A stretch of DNA of 46,045 nucleotides from a virus. Taxonomy: Duplodnaviria; Caudoviricetes. The stretch covers positions 1 to 46,045 of the IMG/VR virus record IMGVR_UViG_3300037467_000747. One strand, written 5' to 3'. A program made the position numbers and the translations under genes. The notes below the pieces were generated by a model. The model was not told the origin of the DNA. It was given only the letters and a program-made list of their open reading frames with translations, and searched no databases. Numbering within the stretch: the first letter of the stretch is position 1; each line of letters starts with the position of its first letter. Shown piece after piece: positions 15,722 through 23,887 of this stretch.

Positions 15722-16069
15722 GTGGTTCACAGACGATGGGACAGACTCGCGGAGGCTGTGACCACGCAACGCGCATCCCTCGGGTACAGCATCGCCCAAC
15801 TCTCGGCGAGGTCGGGCCTGTCCACTTCGACGCTGGACAACATCGAGCACAACCGGAAGTCGTCGTACGACCCTGCCACCATTTCAGCGCTGGAGAGAGC
15901 GCTCAGGTGGCGCGAGGGGTCGGTGGAGCGGATCCTGAAAGGTATGGACCCGCAACCAGTCCAAGACCCGGACCTCGAAGCTGTGATCGCCGCCTGGCCG
16001 AAACTGTCGCCTGGGGCGCGGAGGATGCTCCGGATCCTGGCGACGGAGGGCGCACGCGCCGAGCAGTGA
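15722..16069 (+). CDS. Second XRE-family HTH regulator
   Basis: RLAEAV..QRASLGYSIAQLSARSGLSTSTLDNIE......T..ALERALRW..GS; GTG 7 nt after CACTCT. Confidence 0.8.
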   Translation: MVHRRWDRLAEAVTTQRASLGYSIAQLSARSGLSTSTLDNIEHNRKSSYDPATISALERALRWREGSVERILKGMDPQPVQDPDLEAVIAAWPKLSPGARRMLRILATEGARAEQ

Positions 16070-16179
16070 CCAGGGCTCTGCTTGAGCTCGACCTGTACGG
16101 CGAGGTCAGTGACGAAGTCGCCGAGGATCTGTGCGAGTTACTTCGGGGGGTGGAATGGCTGAGATTCGTCGACTCCTGA
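16066..16179 (+). CDS. 37-aa acidic peptide overlapping the integrase start
   Basis: GTGA coupling with XRE2; VTRALLELDLYGEVSDEVAEDLCELLRGVEWLRFVDS. Confidence 0.4.
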   Translation: MTRALLELDLYGEVSDEVAEDLCELLRGVEWLRFVDS

Positions 16180-17303
16180 CACCGGAGCAGAAGCGCCGAG
16201 AGCGACGCGGTGAACTCAGGCCAGACGAGAAGCCGAAAGGCAAGTGGCAGGCCGGCGTTCGGCACCCGTCGGGGAAGAGATATTACAAGAGCGACCCATT
16301 GAGGACCGTTGTCAAGGCGTGGGCCGACGATGAAGAGGCCAAGATCCGCCGAGGTGAATGGGTCGACCCGCATGCAGGAAAGATCACCCTCACCGCCTGG
16401 CGGGAGAAGTGGGAGAAGACCCGTCGGGTCGAGCTCGCCACCAGACGCCGTACAGACAGCTGGTGGCGTCTCTACATTGAACCGAAGTTCGGGACCTGGC
16501 CGCTGTCGGCCATCCAGTCCTGGGACGTCGAAGCATGGGTTAGCGAGTTGGAAGCCAGGGAGATCGGCAAACCCACGGTCAACGGTGCGCTGCGGTTGCT
16601 GGGGCAGATGCTGCGGGCCGCGGTCAAGCACAGGCTGTTGACTGCCGATCCGACCGCGGACGTGTCCGCCACTTCCCCGGACCCGCATGTGGACCGGATC
16701 CTCACCCGGGCCGAAGCCGATCGGCTGCTTGAGCAGTTCAGCGACGAGGACCGGCTGTTTCCTTCGCTGCTCTTGTACTGCGGGTTGAGATGGCAGGAGG
16801 CTGCCGGGCTGCGGAGGTTCCGCGTCGACCTCCTGCGGAAACGCATCCAGGTCGTGAAGGTGCTCCCCCGCAAGGGTGATGAGAAGAAGCCGAAGACATC
16901 GTCCGGGGTGAGGCCGGTCCCATTGACCGACGAGCTGGTGATTCAGCTTTCGCAGGCGATACCCGAACTGAACGAGGAGTTGGTGTTCATCTCGGAGTCC
17001 GGGGGCCGGTTGTGGTACGAGCACTGGCATGTGGATGTGTGGACGCCGGCGTTGCGCCGCGCGAAACTGGCTGACCCGCAGCCGACCCCCCATGACCTGC
17101 GGCACACGTACGGGTCGTGGCTGGCCGAGGCGGGTGTACCGCCGCACCAGATCGCGGCGTTGATGGGGCACAAGTCGCTGCGGTCGGTGGAGCGGTACAT
17201 CCACGCGACCGAGGCGAGGTTCGACCAGGCGCGTGCCGCACTTGGAGCGGCAGTGGATCGGCAAGAGCAACCACCTCAGGCGCACCCGGGTATTCCCAAA
17301 TGA
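16155..17303 (+). CDS. int: Tyrosine integrase
   Basis: CGLRWQE (R), PKT (K), HDLRHTY (HxxR), LMGH, YIH (Y) catalytic residues. Confidence 0.95.
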   Translation: MAEIRRLLTPEQKRRERRGELRPDEKPKGKWQAGVRHPSGKRYYKSDPLRTVVKAWADDEEAKIRRGEWVDPHAGKITLTAWREKWEKTRRVELATRRRTDSWWRLYIEPKFGTWPLSAIQSWDVEAWVSELEAREIGKPTVNGALRLLGQMLRAAVKHRLLTADPTADVSATSPDPHVDRILTRAEADRLLEQFSDEDRLFPSLLLYCGLRWQEAAGLRRFRVDLLRKRIQVVKVLPRKGDEKKPKTSSGVRPVPLTDELVIQLSQAIPELNEELVFISESGGRLWYEHWHVDVWTPALRRAKLADPQPTPHDLRHTYGSWLAEAGVPPHQIAALMGHKSLRSVERYIHATEARFDQARAALGAAVDRQEQPPQAHPGIPK

Positions 17304-17493
17304 ACCCATTTGGTGCTACCTTGGACCTGTAAGAGCCCGTGACCTGCGGTTCCTACTTCCACACCAGGAAAGGTACGGATCTCCGCCGTGGTCTCGGTAA
17401 ACACCCAGGATTCACGCTCAGACAGCCACTCCAGAGCCTATTCCGCAAGGAGTCTGCGAAAACTGGAGCGGCAAGAGAGCGGCAAGAGCAACC
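17243..17493. other. Putative attP (arm-type repeats flanking a core)
   Basis: 30-bp imperfect direct repeats (26/30) at 17243-17272 and 17464-17493, at the 3' end of int. Confidence 0.6.
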
Positions 17494-17517
17494 TTCAGAC
17501 CTACAGGGGAGAGCATC

Positions 17518-18144
17518 ATGAGCCAGTTCCACGACGGCATGCAGCCGCCGAACTACACCAACGGCCCCGCTCCGCAGGGCTACCTGCCGCAGCAACCAGT
17601 CCAGCCGCCGAAGAAGAAGCACACCGCCCGCAACATCGTCCTCGCCGTGATCGGCGGGTTCGTCCTGCTGGTCGGTGCGTTGTCGAGCGTGGACACGAAG
17701 GCGCCGGTCGAGGTCACGTCGAAGGCAGGCAGCCCCACAACCGCGCCCACGGCGCCGGCCACGACTGCACCAGCCACGACCCAGGCACCGAAGGCCACCA
17801 CCAAGACGACCGCGCCGAAGGCCACACGCCCGGCGATGACCGAGAGCCAGAAGCAGGCGATCGGCTCGGCCGAGTCTTATCTGGCGTTCACCGCGTTCAG
17901 CCGCAAGGGCCTGATCCACCAACTCTCGTCCAAGGCGGGTGAGGGGTTCTCGCTGGCGGATGCGACGTACGCCGTGGACCACATCAAGGTCAACTGGAAC
18001 GAGCAGGCCGCGAAAGCCGCGAAGTCGTACCTGGAGATGACGCATTTCTCGCGGCAGGGTCTGATCCACCAGCTCGAGTCAGATGCGGGTGACGGGTTCA
18101 CTCACGCGCAGGCTGTCTACGGTGTGACGAAGGCTGGCCTGTGA
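17518..18144 (+). CDS. Ltp-family host cell surface-exposed protein (superinfection exclusion candidate)
   Basis: TM anchor, Thr/Ala linker, two A..SAESYL....FSR.GL..QL....G.GF...A.YAV repeats. Confidence 0.85.
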   Translation: MSQFHDGMQPPNYTNGPAPQGYLPQQPVQPPKKKHTARNIVLAVIGGFVLLVGALSSVDTKAPVEVTSKAGSPTTAPTAPATTAPATTQAPKATTKTTAPKATRPAMTESQKQAIGSAESYLAFTAFSRKGLIHQLSSKAGEGFSLADATYAVDHIKVNWNEQAAKAAKSYLEMTHFSRQGLIHQLESDAGDGFTHAQAVYGVTKAGL

Positions 18145-18320
18145 TGGTAAAGGAAGTGAGCAAGTCCGTGACACGCATGGAACGGTGGGGCGACTGGGAG
18201 ATCAGGGTCACCTACGCGAACGGGGAGACGCTGGAAGATTGGGCGGCCTCAAGTAAGGGGCAGGCATTCATGCGGCGCGCTGAGGCGCGGCACCAGATCG
18301 AGGAGATGCAAGAGTTGTGA
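18144..18320 (+). CDS. Small hypothetical protein
   Basis: TGATG coupling. Confidence 0.5.
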   Translation: MVKEVSKSVTRMERWGDWEIRVTYANGETLEDWAASSKGQAFMRRAEARHQIEEMQEL

Positions 18321-18538
18321 GCAGCCAGACGCTGGAGATCAAGCCCCTCGGCACGCCCGCCAAGGATCTGCCGTTCGGGATGGCCTACGACGTGTGCCAG
18401 GTGCTGAAGGCGTACGGGCTGGATGTGCTGGACGAGTCGCTGGAGGGGCAGGGGATGGTCGCGGTTCAGTTGGCCCTGGTGAAGGTGATCCAAGCGGTCC
18501 CGTCAGAGCTGGGTGGGCGTAAGGGGGAAGAGTCGTGA
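18317..18538 (+). CDS. Hypothetical protein
   Basis: Coupled ORF. Confidence 0.6.
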   Translation: MSSQTLEIKPLGTPAKDLPFGMAYDVCQVLKAYGLDVLDESLEGQGMVAVQLALVKVIQAVPSELGGRKGEES

Positions 18539-18699
18539 GTCTGGAGCGCGAGGCTGTGGACGCCGCACTGCGGCGCGTGGTGGAGTTCCTGGACTATGAC
18601 CTGCACAAGCAGTTGGAGTGTGACGAGGAGACAGGCGAGGACATGTACGGGGAGCATGTGGACCGGTTCATCGCTGAGTACGGGGAGATGGTCGGCTGA
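18535..18699 (+). CDS. Small acidic hypothetical protein
   Basis: GTGA coupling. Confidence 0.55.
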   Translation: MSLEREAVDAALRRVVEFLDYDLHKQLECDEETGEDMYGEHVDRFIAEYGEMVG

Positions 18700-18885
18700 C
18701 CCGGTTGCTGGAGCGGCCAACTGAAGGGGACCTGATCGTCCGCCTTCATTCTCGTCGGCCATTTGTAGGTACCGAGCCGTAGGGCTATAGAAGACGCTAG
18801 GCTACACAAACAGAAAGAAGCGCTCCCCACCCGGCGAAGGGGTGGAGAGCGCGAGAGTCGATCCAGGTTAGGAGCTCGACCCGAC

Positions 18886-19149
18886 ATGAACGATAGCAAG
18901 CTACGCGAGATAACTGATGAGCTTGTGCGCATAGCCGATGACATCGGTGAGGCTCAGGAAGACCACCGAACACTCCTGCGCGTTGGCGGCGTCCCTGTTG
19001 GCGCGGTCGTCGCCATGGAGGTCTTACTGGACGGCAAGATCGTTTACGAGGTCGAGCCATTCCCCGCATGGTCTGGGCTGAAGCCGCGCCCCCGGTGGGA
19101 GATCAAGCCGGACAGCCCAATGCATGAACGTGGGCCCGCTCGTGACTGA
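18886..19149 (+). CDS. Hypothetical protein
   Basis: ATG after AGGAG within a hairpin leader. Confidence 0.6.
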   Translation: MNDSKLREITDELVRIADDIGEAQEDHRTLLRVGGVPVGAVVAMEVLLDGKIVYEVEPFPAWSGLKPRPRWEIKPDSPMHERGPARD

Positions 19150-19444
19150 GACGCAGACTGTTGACCTGGCAGCGGAGGCCGCTGTCGACGCGGCCGTTCA
19201 GGCGGTTATTCGGTTCGGATCTAACGACTCGACCGAGCAGATCAAGGCGTACATCCCGGCTGCCCTTGAGGCGGCCCGCGAGGCCGAATCGCTGTATGTA
19301 TCAGGCGTGACTGATTGGGATGCGATCTCGAAGGCGTACGACCTGGTGAAGGCGCGTGTCGTTAACCGCGTCGACGGCAACGGCTGGAAGCTGTATCGCG
19401 TTGGCGAGTTGATCCGCGTTGACTTGGACGGGGCGAAGTCGTGA
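19142..19444 (+). CDS. Hypothetical protein
   Basis: Coupled ORF. Confidence 0.6.
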   Translation: MTETQTVDLAAEAAVDAAVQAVIRFGSNDSTEQIKAYIPAALEAAREAESLYVSGVTDWDAISKAYDLVKARVVNRVDGNGWKLYRVGELIRVDLDGAKS

Positions 19445-19812
19445 GCCACACCGCGATTGTTGACCTGGCAGCATGGCTCACCCGCATCTGGGATGAGGAA
19501 GAGCGGCTGGTCTTTGACGAGCACGCTAGGGTCCACGCCATGACCTGCGACGGCATTCCGAGCTACCTCGACTACGCCGAGCTGGGCGAGATCGACAACT
19601 GCAACTGCGGAGGTCCGGCTCTCGCGCTGGCCCGGATCGCGGCCGACCGGAAGATCCTCGCGGCCTATCAGCAGGCATTGAGCGAACGCCCACCAAACGA
19701 TCCGTACCAAGAGGGCATGGTGCGAGGCTGGAGTGACGGGCTCGATCTGGCGATTCGTCTGCTCGCTTCGCCGTACAAGGGGCGTGAGGGATGGCAGGAG
19801 GCTTGGGAATGA
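19441..19812 (+). CDS. DUF6221-like protein
   Basis: DLAAWL...P...LARIAADRKIL..Y...IRLLASPY..R.GWQEAW pattern. Confidence 0.7.
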   Translation: MSHTAIVDLAAWLTRIWDEEERLVFDEHARVHAMTCDGIPSYLDYAELGEIDNCNCGGPALALARIAADRKILAAYQQALSERPPNDPYQEGMVRGWSDGLDLAIRLLASPYKGREGWQEAWE

Positions 19813-20006
19813 GCGGGCCGGAGCGTCGCGAGCTTGTTGTTGCCGGCGCACTCGTAAGACACCAGATGCGGCAATACCTGCGGCTGCACGACATCCGTTA
19901 CCACGAGACCCTGGGTGACTCGCCGGGCGAGACCACCTTCCACATCACCGCGACACCGCCTCAGTGGGAGGCTATCAACCAGTGGGTAGAGAAGGTGAAG
20001 CAATGA
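19809..20006 (+). CDS. Hypothetical protein
   Basis: ATGA coupling. Confidence 0.55.
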   Translation: MSGPERRELVVAGALVRHQMRQYLRLHDIRYHETLGDSPGETTFHITATPPQWEAINQWVEKVKQ

Positions 20007-20227
20007 CCGAGCACAGCAAGGGCGGCATCATCCACGGCACCGTCGAGGTGGAAGTTATGCGCGGTCCTCGCCGGGAGGCTGTCGATCCGGTCCTGCTCAG
20101 TCTCTATGAGGACGAGTGCATCATCAACCGGCACATAGTCTGCATCCGCAAGGACCCCGGCCACGCTAGTCTGCCGATCCCGGATGACCGGTTCTGGCAG
20201 TGCCCAACTCACGGAGATCCATCATGA
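20003..20227 (+). CDS. Hypothetical protein
   Basis: ATGA coupling. Confidence 0.55.
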   Translation: MTEHSKGGIIHGTVEVEVMRGPRREAVDPVLLSLYEDECIINRHIVCIRKDPGHASLPIPDDRFWQCPTHGDPS

Positions 20228-20397
20228 CCTACTCAGTTGACTACAGCGTCCGTCACGCGTCCTGGTATGTGCAGGATGTTGACGGGGAACGCGTGTCGGA
20301 CCTGTACGACACGGAGCATGCGGCGCACGCGGCGCTGGAACGGTTGACTGCCGAGTCCGGTGGTGACGTCGTGATCCTCGAAGGAGTGGAGTGGTGA
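20224..20397 (+). CDS. Hypothetical protein
   Basis: ATGA coupling. Confidence 0.55.
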   Translation: MTYSVDYSVRHASWYVQDVDGERVSDLYDTEHAAHAALERLTAESGGDVVILEGVEW

Positions 20398-20660
20398 GCC
20401 CCGCATTGGACGCTGAGCCGCAGAACCCGTGGATCGGCGGTCTGTTGGCAGTGTCGGTCCTTCTCCTGTTGCCACTGGGAGTCCTGACAATCATCGGCCT
20501 GCTGATTGCCATGGCGATCGGGGTCGACCTCGCCAACGGCCCGGACATCAGCGCTCAGGCGGCAGGGATCTTCTTGCTGGCTGTCATCGCCGTGCTCGGG
20601 TTCGTGATGACTATGTCTGCGCGCTGGGACCGCAGGCATGGGGAAGGAGTGGGACAGTGA
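20394..20660 (+). CDS. Membrane protein (2 TM)
   Basis: Long hydrophobic segments. Confidence 0.65.
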   Translation: MSPALDAEPQNPWIGGLLAVSVLLLLPLGVLTIIGLLIAMAIGVDLANGPDISAQAAGIFLLAVIAVLGFVMTMSARWDRRHGEGVGQ

Positions 20661-20905
20661 GCGAGCCGAACCGTCAGATCATCGGGCTTCCTGTCGAGCG
20701 GACAGTCCCACCAGAGCGCGACCCTGGGCTGGTGGATCCTGAGATCGGGTCTCGGGTCCGGTCCGATGACTACGGGGCAGGGACCGTGGTTGCGGTGGCA
20801 GCTACCGGGATCCAGATCCACTGGGACATACCGCTGCTGGGGACCACGGGTGTGCATCTGCTGGTGCACGACAAGGCGTATGTGGCGCGCCTGGAGCGGC
20901 TCTGA
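20657..20905 (+). CDS. Hypothetical SH3-like protein
   Basis: IGSRVRSDDYGAGTVVAV....IQIHWD. Confidence 0.55.
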   Translation: MSEPNRQIIGLPVERTVPPERDPGLVDPEIGSRVRSDDYGAGTVVAVAATGIQIHWDIPLLGTTGVHLLVHDKAYVARLERL

Positions 20906-21034
20906 GGCTGGCCCCGGCGCGAGTGACCACGGTGGAGGGGACACCTTCCTGCCTTGGCCCCACTGGGCTGGTCGCGACGAACGACCAGCATCAGGGGAAC
21001 CGGGGCCAGCGGCAACAGACTACAACGAGGTGAC

Positions 21035-21274
21035 ATGAAACAGCCGTATTGCCCGGTCTGCGGAGACCCCGTTGCGGAGGTGCGGATCGACCCTGACCGG
21101 ATCCAGCTGGAGCCGTGCGGTCATGCGGTCACCGACACCCGGTTCTGGGAACGCGCCCAACGCTGGCTGCAAGCCACCGAACCCGAAGAGGTTGAGGTGG
21201 AGCCTGAGGAGGATGCGGGGTCAGATGACCCGGTCGGTGAACATCAGCAGTGGAACCAGGATCCACGCGAGTAG
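21035..21274 (+). CDS. Hypothetical Zn-ribbon protein
   Basis: CPVCG...LEPCGH; GAGGTGA SD. Confidence 0.6.
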   Translation: MKQPYCPVCGDPVAEVRIDPDRIQLEPCGHAVTDTRFWERAQRWLQATEPEEVEVEPEEDAGSDDPVGEHQQWNQDPRE

Positions 21275-21373
21275 CCCAGCGGCGGTGAGGTTGATCCTGG
21301 CCGGGACACCGATCACGTCCAGCAGGAACAGGACCGCGCCGATCCACAGCAGCACCGCATACAAGACGTTCAT
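21221..21373 (-). CDS. 50-aa 2-TM membrane protein (lysis cassette end)
   Basis: MNVLYAVLLWIGAVLFLLDVIGVPARINLTAAGLLAWILVPLLMF; ATGA-coupled. Confidence 0.6.
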   Translation of the reverse strand: MNVLYAVLLWIGAVLFLLDVIGVPARINLTAAGLLAWILVPLLMFTDRVI

Positions 21374-21687
21374 GCCGGGTCCGCCTTCAACACGTCCACC
21401 ACGTCACCGACATTCGTGGAACCGTACGAGCTCGACGCGACACCAGGAGCCGCAGGGCCCGCGATCAACGCGCCGGTCTTGGTGTCGATGTGGGCGGCAG
21501 TGTTCTGCAACGGCACCACCTGACCCTGCACGTAGGTGGACCAGCCGATCTGGATACCACCCAGCGCCAGCAGCCCCAGACCGAGGGCTTTGGCCGGCAC
21601 AACATCGGCGAGGGCCGCGCCGCCACCGATGAACGTCAACGCGGCCAGCACAGAGTTCATGATGAGGACTGGCCTCGGTGTCTTCAT
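21370..21687 (-). CDS. Putative holin (2 TM)
   Basis: Two TM helices; downstream of endolysin. Confidence 0.6.
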   Translation of the reverse strand: MKTPRPVLIMNSVLAALTFIGGGAALADVVPAKALGLGLLALGGIQIGWSTYVQGQVVPLQNTAAHIDTKTGALIAGPAAPGVASSSYGSTNVGDVVDVLKADPA

Positions 21688-21854
21688 GGGGTCTCCTCGA
21701 GTTGCTTGAGGTGGTTGACGTTCGAGTTCCGCTCAGCCAATACGAGCTGGTCGTCGAGGGTGAGCCACACGACATGGCCGGGTTTGAATACGACCTTGTC
21801 GGCGATCGTCTTCTGAGGGATACCTGTCCAGGTCTCCCACTCGTAGACGGGCAT
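21684..21854 (-). CDS. 56-aa soluble protein in lysis cassette
   Basis: TAATG and ATGA coupling on both sides. Confidence 0.55.
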   Translation of the reverse strand: MPVYEWETWTGIPQKTIADKVVFKPGHVVWLTLDDQLVLAERNSNVNHLKQLEETP

Positions 21855-22720
21855 TACGCGATACGGTCAGTGTCGTCCTCGATGCGCTGCAGGCGGGCCA
21901 CGACATCAGTCAGCGCGGCGCGGATGTCGTCCAGGGCCTGGTCGACCTTGCCGCCCTCGGTGATGGAGCTGTAGACGAACCCGCCGGCGCGCGCGGCGAG
22001 CTCGGCCATCGTCATCGGTGAACCGTCGGCGTCGTTGCCGACGATGTCGTTGCGCAGGTCAGCCATGGTGTCTCCTGTGGTGTCTACGGGGGGTTTGTCG
22101 GTGGGCGGCCCGGCCTTCAAGAGCGCGGCGACGTCGGCGCGGAACTTGTACATGGCGCAGTGGCCTGGGTCGTTCTTGCGGCTCGTCCACTCGCGGTGCC
22201 CGATCACGCTCAACGCTGTCCAGCCGTAGTGGTCGCAGATCGCGGCGGCCCACCGCACGGCGGCGGTGTACTGCTTGTCCGTCATCGGTTGGCCGCCGTC
22301 GTATCTGACCTCGCAGCCGTAGAAGTGGGCGTTGCCGTCGGTGTCGTCCTCACCGGGTGCGATCTCCGCGGAGAAGCCGCGGTAGTCCTCGCTGATCACA
22401 TAGTTCAGTGTCCTGCTCGAGCCCCGCCCTGCGTGGTTGGCGCGGCCGATAGCGCCCATCCAAAGATCGCCGTCCATGTCCGCCGCGGAGTGGCACAGCG
22501 GGCCGGGGATGCCTTCGGAGGCGCGGCCGTCCACGAACAGGAACTTCAGGTAGTCGTCGCCCTGGCCGGCGTCGGAGCCGGTGTGGTGAATGACGACACC
22601 GTTGATGGTGTCGAAGTCGCCGGGGCGTCCGCGAGTGTCCCAGCCCGGATACCACCTGACCGGGACTCTCCACTTGGTGAGGGCGGTGATCCACTCCGCC
22701 TTGGACATCGGTCGAGCCAT
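21854..22720 (-). CDS. Endolysin, N-acetylmuramoyl-L-alanine amidase (Amidase_2)
   Basis: VVIHHTG, GRANHAG.G, GCE, VIGHREW..RK.DPG motifs. Confidence 0.9.
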   Translation of the reverse strand: MARPMSKAEWITALTKWRVPVRWYPGWDTRGRPGDFDTINGVVIHHTGSDAGQGDDYLKFLFVDGRASEGIPGPLCHSAADMDGDLWMGAIGRANHAGRGSSRTLNYVISEDYRGFSAEIAPGEDDTDGNAHFYGCEVRYDGGQPMTDKQYTAAVRWAAAICDHYGWTALSVIGHREWTSRKNDPGHCAMYKFRADVAALLKAGPPTDKPPVDTTGDTMADLRNDIVGNDADGSPMTMAELAARAGGFVYSSITEGGKVDQALDDIRAALTDVVARLQRIEDDTDRIA

Positions 22721-22733
22721 GGTTTCCCCGTTC

Positions 22734-23603
22734 CTAGTTCGATGTCTCTACTGGTGGCACCGGGATCCGGCAGGGTCCACGCACGATGTCGGTGGTGCCG
22801 TCGGTGTAGTAGAACTTCCAGGTGCCGTCGTCTAAGCAGTCGGTGTCAGCGATGCCCCGACCTGCTGGGCCTTCAGCGCCCTGTGGGCCTTGCGGGCCGG
22901 TGGGTCCTACCGTTCCCGCGCACGGCTTGGAGTCCTGCCCGCAGTAGGCCGCGAGGGCCTGCTGGGCGGCAGCCAGGAGTTGTTCATCGGTCACCGCTGG
23001 AGCGTCGGCACCCGGGTCGCCTTTAGGGCCTTCAGGGCCGGTCTTCCCGGTGCACCTGTCGTCCACGCAGTACGCCGCGAGAGCCGCGGTGACGATCGGC
23101 TGCAACTCCGCCGCGGTGGGCGTCTTCCCGTCTTTCGGTTTCGGTACAAGCGCGGCAGCGACACGGGCGATCTGGGTGATCTCAGCCTGCGTCAATTTCG
23201 CCGGGGTGCGGGCGATCTGGTCCGCCACGATCACCCGCACCGCAGCTGCTTCCTCCGCGGTGAACTCATCCTGGTACGGAGGAGGTGCTATTGAGGGGCT
23301 GATCGGTGACTCGGTCGGGACAGGGACCGTGGGTTCCCCCGCCGCCTTCAGACGACGGTTCGCTTCGTCGGCGGCGTCCTTCGCGGACTTCGCCAACTGG
23401 CCGTTGATGCCGACCTGCCCCTTCAACATCTCCACTTCGGCGCTCGCTGTCTGGAGACGCTTGTCGCTGTTGTCGGCGCGGTTGTCTGTGCGGTACGCGA
23501 ACCCCAGCACCATCGACAAGATCAACGCCAGCACCAGCCAGATGATCCCGCTCCTGCGACGTTCCCGCATCTGCGCCGAAACCACCTGCTCCGGGCCAGT
23601 CAT
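22734..23603 (-). CDS. Membrane-anchored coiled-coil/collagen-like protein
   Basis: N-terminal TM, coiled coil, duplicated ALAAYC..C.G + Gly-X-Y units. Confidence 0.75.
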   Translation of the reverse strand: MTGPEQVVSAQMRERRRSGIIWLVLALILSMVLGFAYRTDNRADNSDKRLQTASAEVEMLKGQVGINGQLAKSAKDAADEANRRLKAAGEPTVPVPTESPISPSIAPPPYQDEFTAEEAAAVRVIVADQIARTPAKLTQAEITQIARVAAALVPKPKDGKTPTAAELQPIVTAALAAYCVDDRCTGKTGPEGPKGDPGADAPAVTDEQLLAAAQQALAAYCGQDSKPCAGTVGPTGPQGPQGAEGPAGRGIADTDCLDDGTWKFYYTDGTTDIVRGPCRIPVPPVETSN

Positions 23604-23887
23604 GTTGCATCCTCGTCAGAGATCAGCTTCGGGCGGGCAGGGACCGGGAGACCGCGACGATCGAGCTCGAACTCACACTTACCCGCATAGGAGCGCCACG
23701 CGTCACGTTCCTTCTCTGCTTGCCGCCTCGCGTCGTACTGTTCCTCACGCCACTTCTTCAGGTCCGCGATCGCGCCACGCTCCTTGCGGTGCGCGCCTCT
23801 GCGGATCTCGGTTACGCCCTTATACGCGGCCAGCAGAACCGCCGCCACCCCAGTCGGGAAGAGCGTGTTTAGCCAGTCACTCACCAT
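23600..23887 (-). CDS. Single-TM + coiled-coil lysis-cassette protein
   Basis: N-terminal hydrophobic helix and charged coil. Confidence 0.65.
   Translation of the reverse strand: MVSDWLNTLFPTGVAAVLLAAYKGVTEIRRGAHRKERGAIADLKKWREEQYDARRQAEKERDAWRSYAGKCEFELDRRGLPVPARPKLISDEDAT

Noticed and set aside
14767-17303. Integration-dependent immunity (attP inside repressor, ssrA-like tails)
   Set aside because: attP-like repeats are downstream of int, and neither the XREs nor Int end in an AA-type degron
15903-17309. 468-aa ORF antisense to integrase, and similar long antisense ORFs at 23050-24405, 27488-28654, 31899-33302 and 40244-41902
   Set aside because: Shadow ORFs expected from high-GC codon bias opposite real genes; no motifs or RBS
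17340-17400. tRNA fragment at attP
   Set aside because: Only a CACAC anticodon-like stretch; no T-arm or acceptor stem
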